DNA of 64,000 bases from Macrostomum hystrix (lineage: Eukaryota > Animalia > Platyhelminthes): contig CATNEN010000024.1 of NCBI GenBank assembly GCA_950097015.1, forward strand, positions 2,108,001 through 2,172,000, in the 5' to 3' direction. Positions 12,316-23,378 of the stretch are shown one piece after another. The first letter of the stretch is position 1. Each line of letters begins with the position of its first letter. A program made the translations under genes and the position numbers. Below the pieces are notes generated by a model. It was given only the letters and a program-made list of their open reading frames with translations, made no database searches and was not told where the DNA came from.

Positions 12316-14572
12316 TCACTTTGCATCACACTTGATGTCGGCAGCTCTAGTTGCTTCGGACTCGCTGGAAGTCCTCCGCCTCAGCTCGCAGAGGCCACCA
12401 AGGACGCTAGCGGAGCTGCCGCAGCAGCAGCAGCGACTGGTGGATGGCAGGTGCACTAGCGCGGGTATCGCGGAAGCGGCAGCGATGTCAGCCGAAACTG
12501 TTGCCTCCTGACTTAGCCGAGCGATCGCCACTTGTCGCTTCCATTTTGTTCTGATTTGGGCGGTGTTAGGTGCAAAAGCGCTAGTTATGAATTATTGAGG
12601 TAATGTTAGTAAGGCTGAGATAGTGTTGTTGTGTTCCCGGTAGGGTTGTCGGAATCGGGGTAGGGTTGTCGGAATCGGGGTAGGGTTGTCAGAATCGGGG
12701 TAGGGTTGTCGGAATCGGGGTAGGGTTGTCGGAATCGGGGTAGGGTTGTCGGAATCGTGGAAGTATTGTCAGAATCAGGTTAGGGGTTGTCAGAATCGGT
12801 GTAGGGTTGTCGGAATCGGGGTAGGGTTGTCGGAATCGGGGAAGGATTGTCGGAATCGGGGTAGGGTTGTCGGAATCGGGGTTGGGATGTGGGAAATGGG
12901 GTAGGGTTGTCGGAATCGGGAAGGGTTGTCGGAATCGGGGAAGGGTTGTCGGAATCGGGGAAGGGTTGTTAGAATCGGGGTAGGGTTGTCAGAATCGGGT
13001 TAGGGTTGTCAGAATCGGGGTAGGGTTGTCGGAATCGGGGTAGGGTTGTCGGAATCGGGGTTGGGATGTGGGAAATGGGGTAGGGTTGTCGGAATCGGGG
13101 AAGGGTTGTTGGAATCGGGGAAGGGTTGTCGGAATCGGGGTAGGGTTGTCGGAATCGGGGAAGGGTTGTTAGAATCGGGGTAGGGTTGTCAGAATCGGGG
13201 TAGGGTTGTCAGAATCGGGGTAGGGTTGTCAGAATCGGGGAAGGGTTGTCGGAATCGGGGAAGGGTTGTTAGAATCGGGGAAGGGTTGTCGGAATCGGGG
13301 TAGGGTTGTCAGAATCGGGGTAGGGTTGTCGGAATCGGGTTAGGGTTGTCAGAATCGGGGTAGGGTTGTCAGAATCGGGGTAGGGTTGTCAGAATCGGGG
13401 TAGGGTTGTCGGAATCAGGGTTGGGATGTCGGAAATGGGGTAGGGTTGTCGGAATTGGGGTTGGGATGTCGGAAATGGGGTAGGGTTGTCGGATTCGGGG
13501 GAGGGTTGGGTTAGGGTTAGGGTCGCAGTTGGACCCAATATTGCCCAACGCGAATGGTGGTAATCTTTCTAATATATAATTTAGAATATATATAATGGTG
13601 CATATTAGTTTCTAAGCAATAGTTGCGGCTGTACGTCAGGCCCAACAATATAATCATCAACATTTATTATCCCTAAAGCCACTCACCGCCTGTTCTGGTA
13701 CCAGGTCTTCACCTGAGCATCGGTGAGCCTCAGAACTGCGGCTAGCCTGGTCCTCTCCTGCACACTGAGGTATTTCCGCTTGCAGAATGCGTCCTCCAGC
13801 CCATTCAGCTGCGCTTCGGTGAATGCCGTGCGTGCCTTGCGCTGCTTCCGCTTCCACTGGGCGCCGAGGTGGTCGAATCCGTGCGAGCTCGACTGCTGCG
13901 GCTGCCGGCTGCGGGCTACTGACGAAGGAGTGCCAGGAGCTCGTTGATACTTGTCTGGGATGGGTCATCAAGCATCATCCAGTATGGGTCATCATGGATC
14001 ATGCAGGATGGGTCATCAAGCACCATCCAGGATGGGTCATCAAGCATCATCCAGTAGGGGTCATCATGGATCATCCGGGATGGGTCATCAAGCGTCATCC
14101 AGTATGAGTCATCATGGATCATGCAGGATGGGTCATCAAGCATCATCCAGTATGAGTCATCATGGATCATGCAGGATGGGTCATCAAGCATCATCCAGTA
14201 TGAGTCATCATGGATCATGCAGGATGGGTCATCAAGCATCATCCAGTATGAGTCATCATGGATCATGCAGGATGGGTCATCAAGCATCATCCAGTATGAG
14301 TCATCAAGCATCATCCAGTATGAGTCATCATGGATCATGCAGGATGGGTCATCAAGCATCATCCAGTATGAGTCATCATGGATCATGCAAATCTTGTCCA
14401 ACGAGAGCGAATACTCACTCCAGACATCGGCATCACGCGCCTCTACCCCATCGTCAGTCAGCAGGTCGTCGATCATGAAGCCGCGCCTAAACTGCTGATT
14501 AGGCCCTGGCGCCGGGAACTGGTCGTGGCGATGCATTTCCGATGATTGCTCAAACTTAGTTTCGCTTTCCAT
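12316..14572 (-). CDS. BarH: BarH-class homeobox transcription factor, 218 aa
   Basis: Exons 14572-14419, 13954-13687, 12550-12316 (GTGAGT donors, AG acceptors, frame continuous). Homeodomain [55 protein letters not shown]|TKWKRQ has the BarH-type KTWYQN helix 3. N-terminal eh1-like motif FMIDDLL. Confidence 0.92.
12639..13522. repeat. G-rich 20-bp minisatellite (GGGTTGTCGGAATCGGGGTA)n ending in (TTAGGG)2, BarH intron 2
   Basis: Direct inspection; TTAGGGTTAGGG at 13511-13522. Confidence 0.95.
13958..14390. repeat. 48-bp minisatellite filling BarH intron 1
   Basis: Unit GGGTCATCAAGCATCATCCAGTATGAGTCATCATGGATCATGCAGGAT, ~9 units. Confidence 0.95.
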
Positions 14573-15261
14573 ATCCAACTATTGCTCAATTTAATAGGCT
14601 TTGTTCTCTAAGATTTCATTTACCGCAATCCGATCTTAAAATGCGCTTTATTAGCAAACACATTCAACTTAAGCCTGGTCTAACCAGCTGTTGCCTTCTC
14701 CCCGTGACAAACTGCAATCATCGATGCGTATCTAGTCTGCGCTACTGAATAGTAGTATTTAGTGAGTATTTGATGACTGTTTCTAAAATTCCAATCAACG
14801 GTCTCTATCCTCTACTCAGTAATTCGATCCACACAGGCACCCTTGGCAGCAGCAGCAGCCGGTTGGTTTATTTTATTCTAGCTTATCCCATGATAAACTA
14901 GGCTCATTAATCACGCAAACTGGAGAGCTCAGGACGGTGCGGTGACCAAATAGAAAGGTGAGAATGAAAGAAATATGGCTTTGATAGAACACGTAGCAAG
15001 AATGTATCCTTAGCCCTTAAGTGCACAGCTGAGGTCTGAAATGATCGCACAACGATTGCTTGTACAAATTTGTCACTCCCTATCGTGACGAGCTAAAACG
15101 AAAAAAATGATTTGTAGCTAAACTTCTGTTCTAGGGCGAAAGTCGAACCTTGATATTGTGGCCAACCTATACTTTGCCTCTAATCAATTTGTAAAAATAA
15201 GCAACTTCATCTTGGCATTCATTTACCTCCATTTTCAGAGCAATAATAGGACTCATTGTCA

Positions 15262-15881
15262 TCCTTGACTTTGATGGGACTCATCCTTGACTTTGATGGG
15301 ACTCATCCTTGACTTTGATGGGACTCATCCTTGACTTTGATGGGACTCATCCTTGACTTTGATGGGACTCATCCTTGACTTTGATGGGACTCATCCTTGA
15401 CTTTGATGGGACTCAAACTTGACTTTGATGGGACTCATCCTTGACTTTGATGGGACTCAACCTTGACTCTGATGGGACTCAAACTTGACTTTGACGGGAC
15501 TCAACCTTGACTTTGATGGGACTCGAACTTGACTTTGATGCGACTCAACCTTGACTTTGATGGGACTCAACCTTGACTCTGATGGGACTCAAACTTGACT
15601 TTGATGGGACTCATCCTTGACTTTGACGGGACTCATCCTTGACTTTGATGGGACTCAACCTTGACTCTGATGGGACTCAAACTTGACTTTGACGGGACTC
15701 AACTTTGACTTTGGTGGGACTCATCCTTGACTTTGGTGGGACTCACCCGTGACTTTGATGGGACTCACCCGTGACTTTGATGGGACTCATCCTTGACTTT
15801 GATGGGACTCATCCTTGACTTTGGTGGGACTCATCCTTGACTTTGGTGGGACTCATCCTTGAATTTGGTGGGACTCATCCT
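15262..15881. repeat. 22-bp minisatellite (ACTCATCCTTGACTTTGATGGG)n, ~28 units
   Basis: Direct inspection. Confidence 0.97.
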
Positions 15882-16409
15882 CAAGTTCGAGAGATTCTGA
15901 AGAGGTTCTGGAGTAGATAATTTTGTAAACATACTCAGAGGCTGTATAAATGCTTATTTCTAGTCAAGTGCTGTAGACGTCAATACCCAAGAACATGTAT
16001 GCTAAGAAAATATAGTACTTCCTGCCAATCTCATTCGCCCCTTTTCTAAAGTTGAAGTGAAATGAACTGCAGTATTCCTTGAAGCCTCCATAGTGAAGGA
16101 ACTGCACCTGCCCCACAGTCAGACCACATTTATTCTAGAACGCTTTAATTGATGTACAAAAGTGCAGAATAAACCAAATGACGCACCGTATTGCTGTGCT
16201 GCTGGGACTAAAGAATGTAGCAAAGCGACTTCGGACATTTTTACCCGAATTCTTTAGTTTCTTCAGTTCGAGAAAACTTAATTCGAAAGGAGACGCGCTC
16301 GAGTGTGCTTGCTTTTCTAGGTACTTTGCTAGTATGTTAGTTTGAAAATTTCGGACTAAAACCTGGCTAAACTTTGTCTGTTTATATAAAAAATAATATA
16401 CGAAAAAAC

Positions 16410-16585
16410 GGTTTACACCTGCCTCAAATGGACCAGATGTGCAGCCGACAGCACAGCCGCAGATATTGCGCGGCGCATCTGAAGGCTGCGTACGGCTGTT
16501 CAGTCCGTGGACTGTGGAGTCGGGAATCGAACCTCCGGCCTTCAAGCCGTGAGTCCGACGTTCTAAACACTAGGCTACAAGCCGC
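16410..16585 (-). mobile_element. SINE family B, internally deleted copy (tRNA head joined directly to the 3' module)
   Basis: Minus strand: TGTAGCCTAGTGTTTAGAACGTCGGACTCACGGCTTGAAGGCCGGAGGTTCGATTCCCGACTCCAC, then AGTCCACGGACTGAACAGCCGTACGCAGCC; matches the 37973 copy except for the middle. Confidence 0.85.
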
Positions 16586-18300
16586 TAATATCTAAACATT
16601 AATTCGCGATTAATTTATAGGAGTAATGTTGACTGATCAAAGTCAAGTTGATTAGTGCCCATTCATCTGACACTGTGTACTTTATTATAGAAATGCAACG
16701 AAAGAACTTCTTAATGTCAGGCCGGCGATATGCTCTACAGCGGGTCATTGTGGGTACACATTTCAGTGCTCCAATTGGCAACGGACAGCTGGAGGTGAGG
16801 ACAGACAATTGCTGATTGGCTGAGAGGCCACAGTGCCAGATAGGGATTTGGAATTAGTTTATAAAAGGTTTTTTCGGCCGTAGAGAATTTCTCTGAGACC
16901 ACGCAGGATTTGGATTATAGAAAGAAATTCTTTCTACGAAAAATCCGCAATTTTTGTGCTATCTCACTTGAAAGTCAAATCGATCAACAGCAAGTAAGTT
17001 GATTTACTTAAGCATGTTCACAAGTGCTATTTACCTCCACTTTCAGATAATGACGCTCTGAAAGTTGTTCGGAGTGCACCAACTATGGATGGTAGAATAT
17101 TTCAGTTCCTGTCTACTAAAAAATGGCATGCTTCACGTATTTTCGCCCACGGAACAAGTCCCTATAAAGCGAAGTCATGTTGATACTGACTTACTGTTAG
17201 ATAGTTAGAATGTTTTTCCCAGAAAAACATTGCTGCATGCTTTAGTCTATGGGTATTAACCGCGAAGGGCAGAGTGAGAAGGGTGTGGGAGGCGACTTCC
17301 TACCATAGACAAAAATGTTTGAATAATCCATTCCCAAGGACAACTTGATAACTTGATAAGTTAATAAGAGTTATCAGAGTTAATAAGAGCTACGCGCCTC
17401 GATCGACCGCCATTAACTTGCTCGGCACCCAACTGGTAAAGTTCCATTAACGCGCATCTTACATGCGTCTTAATGTCACCAAAAGTGCATAGCAACTTGG
17501 TTGTTTCGCATTTTTCGCATTCTTGCTCGGTATTTTGTCTATGGCCCAATCAAATTCACGCAATGTGTTTTGCTGACTTGAGCAATCTCCTCAATGCATT
17601 CTTCACATAAAAAACTGCCTTCAATTACGCCGCTATTGAATATATAGTTGTCCTTGCAACAGAGTTGAAGTTATAAAAAGAATTTCTTTGCGCTTTTGAA
17701 ATAACATACTTGCATTTTTAGCTTAAATTAGTTGAACTAAAATTTTAGTTTTACCTCTGCTACCTGGTGCTAAAACGTTGCCTAGATTTTGGCTTTCAAT
17801 CTCCTAACTCACCATAATTCACTTCCTTCCACCTCTCGCTCTCTCTCTCGTTTATTAAGTATTGAGAACGCCAAGAGCTTCCTCTGACAATTGTTCCACC
17901 CGCTGATCAATCTTTTCTCTGCTCTCCTCCCTCACTCATACTCACTCAGCTAGCCGAGGAATGCTGTGAGCCCCATGGCAACTAAACAGCAGCAATAGTT
18001 CCCTTGCTTATACTGGCTTGTCCGACTGCCCAGACACAGCGCTGTGACTGCGATTGGAGAAGCGAACGAACGGCTGAGCTAGCTAATGTACTTCTCACAG
18101 TTGCAACCCTTTGTGCCTGTGGCTGTTTAGTCATTTGATTGCTGCCGCCTGGCTGCAATTTCCAAGTACCCAGTGATTCATCCAAGTATACTGGCTTGCG
18201 ATCAGTTCTATCTTCCTTTCGCTTTGTGAACCAACTCCAGATATGGGGAATGGGATCTTTTGTATACTCACTCTACAACTTCACCTCCCATTGCTATACT

Positions 18301-19165
18301 CAGTCCACTCCCCCAGTCCACTCTCCCCAGTCCACTCTACCCAGTCCACTCCCCCAGTCCACACTCCCCAGTCCACTCTCCTTAGTCCACTCCCCCAGTC
18401 CACTCTCCGCAGTCCACTCCCCCAGTCCACTCTCCCCAGTCCACTCCCCAAGGTCCACTCCCCCAGTCCACTCTCCCCAGTCCACTCCCCCAGTCCACTC
18501 CCCCAGTCCACTCCCCCAGTCCACTCTCCACAGTCCACTCCCCCAGTCCACTCCCCAAGGTCCACTCCCCCAGTCCACTCCCCCAGTCCACTCTCCCCAG
18601 TCCACTCCCCCAGTCCACTCCCCCAGTCCACTCCCCCAGTCCACTCTCCACAGTCCACTCCCCCAGTCCACTCCCCAAGGTCCACTCCCCCAGTCCACTC
18701 CCCCAGTCCACTCCCCCAGTCCACTCCCCCAGTCCACTCTCCCCAGTCCACTTTACCCAGTCCACTCTCCCCATTCCACTCTCCCCAGTCCACTCTCCCC
18801 AGTCCACTCTACCCAGTCCACTCTACCCAGTCCACTCTCCCCAGTCCACTCCCCCAGTCCACTCCCCCAGTCCACTCTACCCAGTCCACTCTCCGCATTC
18901 CACTCTCCCCAGTCCACTCTCTTCAGTCCACTCTCCCCATTCCACTCTCCCCAGTCCACTCTCCCCAGTCCACTCTACCCAGTCCAGTCTCCCCAGTCCA
19001 CTCCCCCAGTCCACTCCCCCAGTCCACTCTACCCAGTCCACTCTCCCCAGTCCACTCTCTTCAGTCCACTCTACCCATTCCACTCTCTGCATTCCACTCT
19101 CCCCAGTCCACTCTCTTCAGTCCACTCCCCCAGTCCACTCCCCCAGTCCACTCCCCCAGTCCACT
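18301..19165. repeat. C-rich variable 13-16-bp minisatellite (CAGTCCACTC[T]CCC)n
   Basis: Direct inspection; the ORFs called across it are repeat artefacts. Confidence 0.95.
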
Positions 19166-19889
19166 ATGGAAAGTACGAAACCGGACAAGCAAACCTTTTA
19201 GGCGGATAATTGAAAAGGGTTATGATCTTCTGAATGAAACATGTCTTTATTCTCTTCTAAAGAAAAGAAATAGAGTGTGATCATGCTAGTATGTTTCTGT
19301 ATGCTATTGTTCGGTACTGCTTCATGTAGGGTCGCGCGTTTCGTTTTAAGAGAGCAACAACATATTCTGATTCTAGCAAAAGCGAAAATGTAGTTAAATT
19401 GCAGAAAACAATTTACAACCAATGAGCCTATTAGTCAGAGAATAGACTGACTATGGGGTAGGTATAATTTTAAAATATTGTACTAAATTTATTAAAATGT
19501 GCCTATAATTAGCTGCTTTATCAACTTCTATGAAGATCTTGGTACCCAGCAGCTCGGTAAATAAGTAGTTATAAGTTAAGTAGAATTCGCTGTGAACATC
19601 GCTGTGCGGTGTCTTAAAGTAAACTAATTTGATCACGAAAATAAATGACGTACGCATGGCATTGATAAAGCTAAGTTATCGTGCTTTGACGAAGCACCTG
19701 ACGACCAATGAAAGTTGGTGAGGCAACTGCCCAGTGCATTGGCCTACGTGCTGCGCAATGGTGTTGGAAGAGCCTGTTGATGGGAAGTAAATTTTTACCG
19801 AGGTGAAAAAAACATGTGCAAATGTAGTGCCGTTAATGCAAGGATACAGAAGTTTAGTACTGCGCAGTGATGTCTGCAAGCTGTCACAC

Positions 19890-20771
19890 TCAGCAACAGG
19901 CAAACATCTGACAACAGCTGGGCCACTGATCCAAGGCCTCTTTGATCTTCTCCTTCAACGAAGCCAGCTTCGGCGCATCGCCGCCAGCAGCCGCTTCAAC
20001 GGATTCGCTCGCTGGTCCCAGACTGAGTCCGGTGGCCCCAGGCGCCTTGGCCGAGTTGGCGACGACTGTCAGCGGCTTGCTGTGCCGCTCCGTGAGCTCC
20101 TTGCCCACTTCCAGCATCATGGCGTCCACTTCGAAATTCTCATCGTCTGCCAGGACACTCAGGCAAAACACTGGTGCCTGTGAAGACTCGGCCAGCTGGC
20201 GGGCCTTCAGCAGCGTGCCCGAGTGCAGACCGAGGTCCGTCTTGTTGCCTACCAGCACGAGCATCGGGTGAGGCGGGCTGCAGTTGTGGGCTAGCCGGAA
20301 CCAGCCTTCCAGCTCGCCAGAACAGTCGCGTGAGGCGTCGAACACGATAAAGAGAGCGTGCAGAAAGCGCAGCTGCGTGTCCAGGCCGCGACCCAGGGTG
20401 GACTGGCCGGCCGTGTCCCAGCACTGGAAGGTCACGTGCTGCCGTCCGATGTTCACAGCTTTGGAACGCGAGGAGGCTGATGTGGTTTCAACGTAGTCGA
20501 CGCTAAACTGGCTGTCGGTGAAGCGTCGAATCAGTTTGGTCTTGCCAACTTGGCTAGGCCCGACGAAGGCCACCATGAAATGCCAGCTGCGGTCCTCCAT
20601 CGGCGGTGGCAGCGGCAGCTGCGACTGCGGCTGCTCGACGATGCTTGACTTATTGAATTCGATCCTCGATTTGCCATCCTTGGAGCATTTCTCGCCATCC
20701 CAATCCGCTGTTGCATTCGACTGATCTTGATCTGGCACCACGCCACCTTCTTCCAATGTTCTGTCCAGCAT
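19890..20771 (-). CDS. Divergent Rab-like small GTPase, single exon, 293 aa
   Basis: G1 GPSQVGKT, G2 YVETT, G3 WDTAGQ, G4 GNKTDL, degenerate G5 (CLSV); C-terminal CC prenylation motif (CCQMFACC); ~65-aa N-terminal extension. Confidence 0.85.
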   Translation of the reverse strand: MLDRTLEEGGVVPDQDQSNATADWDGEKCSKDGKSRIEFNKSSIVEQPQSQLPLPPPMEDRSWHFMVAFVGPSQVGKTKLIRRFTDSQFSVDYVETTSASSRSKAVNIGRQHVTFQCWDTAGQSTLGRGLDTQLRFLHALFIVFDASRDCSGELEGWFRLAHNCSPPHPMLVLVGNKTDLGLHSGTLLKARQLAESSQAPVFCLSVLADDENFEVDAMMLEVGKELTERHSKPLTVVANSAKAPGATGLSLGPASESVEAAAGGDAPKLASLKEKIKEALDQWPSCCQMFACC

Positions 20772-21042
20772 GTAAGCAATGTTATTTTGAAAACAATTTC
20801 AGCGGTGTGCGTCCATCCCCCACTGGCACTAAAACAGTGCCTCCGAAGCACTAGCTGAAACTTTTACTTCCCCAAGAATCCAAATTGACAATTGTCTGTG
20901 GCTCTAGCAGCAACGCTAGAACGCATCAGACTATATATAGACTGCTTGACTTGATATTACAATAAAATTGACATACAAAATTTGCGCATTGATAAAAGTA
21001 AAGAAAAATATAATTTTTTACCAAAAACCATAGCACCCTACA

Positions 21043-22000
21043 CTCCATAGCATCTACTACTCCGTAGCATCTACCACTCCATAGCATCTACCACTCCGTA
21101 GCATCTACCACTCCATAGCATCTACCACTCCGTAGCATCTACCACTCCGTAGCATCTACCACTCCGTAGCATCTACCATCTGCCAGGGGTTAGCGATATG
21201 GGCGGCAACAGCCGCCTCCTCGCTGCGTCCGTCATGGAGGCCCCCTGCCGCTAAGTCAAAAGTAAGTCAAGCATCTACCACTCCGTAGCATCTACACATC
21301 GTAGCATCTACCACTCCGTAGCATCTACCACTCCGTAGCATCTACCACTCCGTAGCATCTACCACTCCATAGCATCTACCACTCCATAGCATCTACCACT
21401 CCGTAGCATCTACCACTCCGTAGCATCTACCACTCCGTAGCATCTACCACTCCGTAGCATCTACCACTCCGTAGCATCTACCACTCCGTAGCATCTACAC
21501 ATCGTAGCATCTACCACTCCGTAGCATCTACCACTCCGTAGCATCTACCACTCCGTAGCATCTACCACTCCATAGCATCTACCACTCCGTAGCATCTACC
21601 ACTCCGTAGCATCTACCACTCCGTAGCATCTACCACTCCATAGCATCTACCACTCCATAGCATCTACCACTCCGTAGCATCTACCAATCCGTAGCATCTA
21701 CCACTCCATAGCATCTACCACTCCATAGCATCTACCACTCCGTAGCATCTACCACTCCATAGCATCTACCACTCCATAGCATCTACCACTCCATAGCATC
21801 TACCACTCCGTAGCATCTACCACTCCATAGCATCTACCACTCCATAGCATCTACCACTCCGTAGCATCTACCACTCCATAGCATCTACCACTCCATAGCA
21901 TCTACCACTCCATAGCATCTACCACTCCATAGCATCTACCAATCCGTAGCATCTACACTCTGTAGCATCTACCACTCCGTAGCATCTACACTCCGTAGCC
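21043..22000. repeat. 17-bp minisatellite (CTCCGTAGCATCTACCA)n interrupted by a 92-bp insert
   Basis: Direct inspection; non-repeat insert at 21179-21270. Confidence 0.96.
21179..21270 (+). mobile_element. Probable 5'-truncated LINE/SINE 3' end inserted in the minisatellite
   Basis: Flanked by a duplicated GCATCTACCA (10 bp) and ends in a short-repeat tail AAGTCAAAAGTAAGTCAA. Confidence 0.45.
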
Positions 22001-22759
22001 ACTAATCACCCTACCATCCCACTTCTCTCCAGTTTGTTAGGCATTGGATGACTGTGTCATTTGTTAATACGGTTATTATTATAGTTTACAAACTATAATA
22101 ATCATAATAATAATTTGTCACTAACAAAGCTAGCTAGTAATAAGGTATTCACAACAAAAGTTCGTTTCTCGAGCAATGAATTTTTGCATTAAATGGGCTA
22201 ATCGAAGTGCATTCTTAGAAACGAGAGCACAACTGAAGCTCACGGCGGAGATAGGGTACTATGAGTCCCGCCTGTCTTGATGAAAGGGAGCCTTCAGTGC
22301 CTGCAGGTTGTTTTGTGAATTTCCTATTAACGCCCTTAGGCCTTACTGTGACGTAGGCAAACCGTCTGTTTGCATTTGCACTTCTCTGCTCCAGGAGAGG
22401 CCGCGAACAATGGCGCAAGACGGTAAAATCTTCCCCGCTCACTCCACTCCACCTCTTTGATGCCAGTGGCATGTGACATTGGAGAGAGAGAAACAGCGAG
22501 TGCTTGAAGCAGAAGAGAATGACTACCTGGAGACCTGCCGTAACCAGAGCAGTCAAGTTTTGCTGCAGAAGTGCACCGCCCTTTTTCACCCTTGGTTGAA
22601 AAATTCAATAATACCGAACTTGCCTTTCTAGAGAGAGATTCTGACCTTTAGTATTGGCTGGTGCGTGGATTTTTCAATAATTGACAATCCTCCTCCCATC
22701 TTTCCTTCCCATTGGTGTCCCCAAGTTTTTAGTTGCTAAAACTAATGATACTATTTGCA

Positions 22760-23071
22760 GGAGGGCTGCGGACACTGGCACATCGTTTGGTGACACCAGA
22801 CCCGAAGATAGCTAGGAGGCTATTCTGCTCATTCCGCTGACTCCTGAGGACACACTCACACACGTGTGTACATCTGCCCTGACTTTCTCATCGTCAGGCT
22901 GTGTACACTTATACACTGTGCTTTGAGGATTGGCCCTCAAGGGCGTAAATTGCATGACAAGCCCCCGAGCCTTCTCTTCGCGGCTGCGTCCCAAATAAGT
23001 GTGGCCTCGCCTCGGAATCGAGCTCGGAGACATTGTTGCTAGAGGCAAGCGCGTTAGTCGCTATGCCACTC
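22760..23071 (-). mobile_element. SINE family A (tRNA-derived)
   Basis: Minus strand GAGTGGCATAGCGACTAACGCG...GAGCTCGATTCCGAGGCGAGGCCAC; body collinear with the 10711 and 54150 copies. Confidence 0.85.
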
Positions 23072-23378
23072 ACTCCAATATCTTAGTTGTTTGATTTCTC
23101 ACACTAATCAAAATGAGAAGTCACTGGGCGACTGACACCAGATAGTTTTCTCAGGAAATTGTGGTCTTGATCAGGTAAGAAAAGTAACAGATAAGGATGA
23201 ATGAGTTTTTCATTACCTTATTTAAATGTTACATCTTTAGTTTAGCTTTTAAGCTTTTCTCATACTGACCAAGAGGTCATGAGTTCGAATCTCAGTCTAA
23301 GAGAAAAAAGTTGCGCATTTGAGTGTCAACCACCTTATTATTCCCCCATATTATTCCAACAGGCCTCCCAAATCGCCG

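Noticed and set aside
18139-19280. Pro/Ser-rich 356-aa and 345-aa ORFs resembling extensin or mucin
   Set aside because: Open in many frames on both strands because the C-rich repeat lacks stops; no signal peptide or credible splice context.
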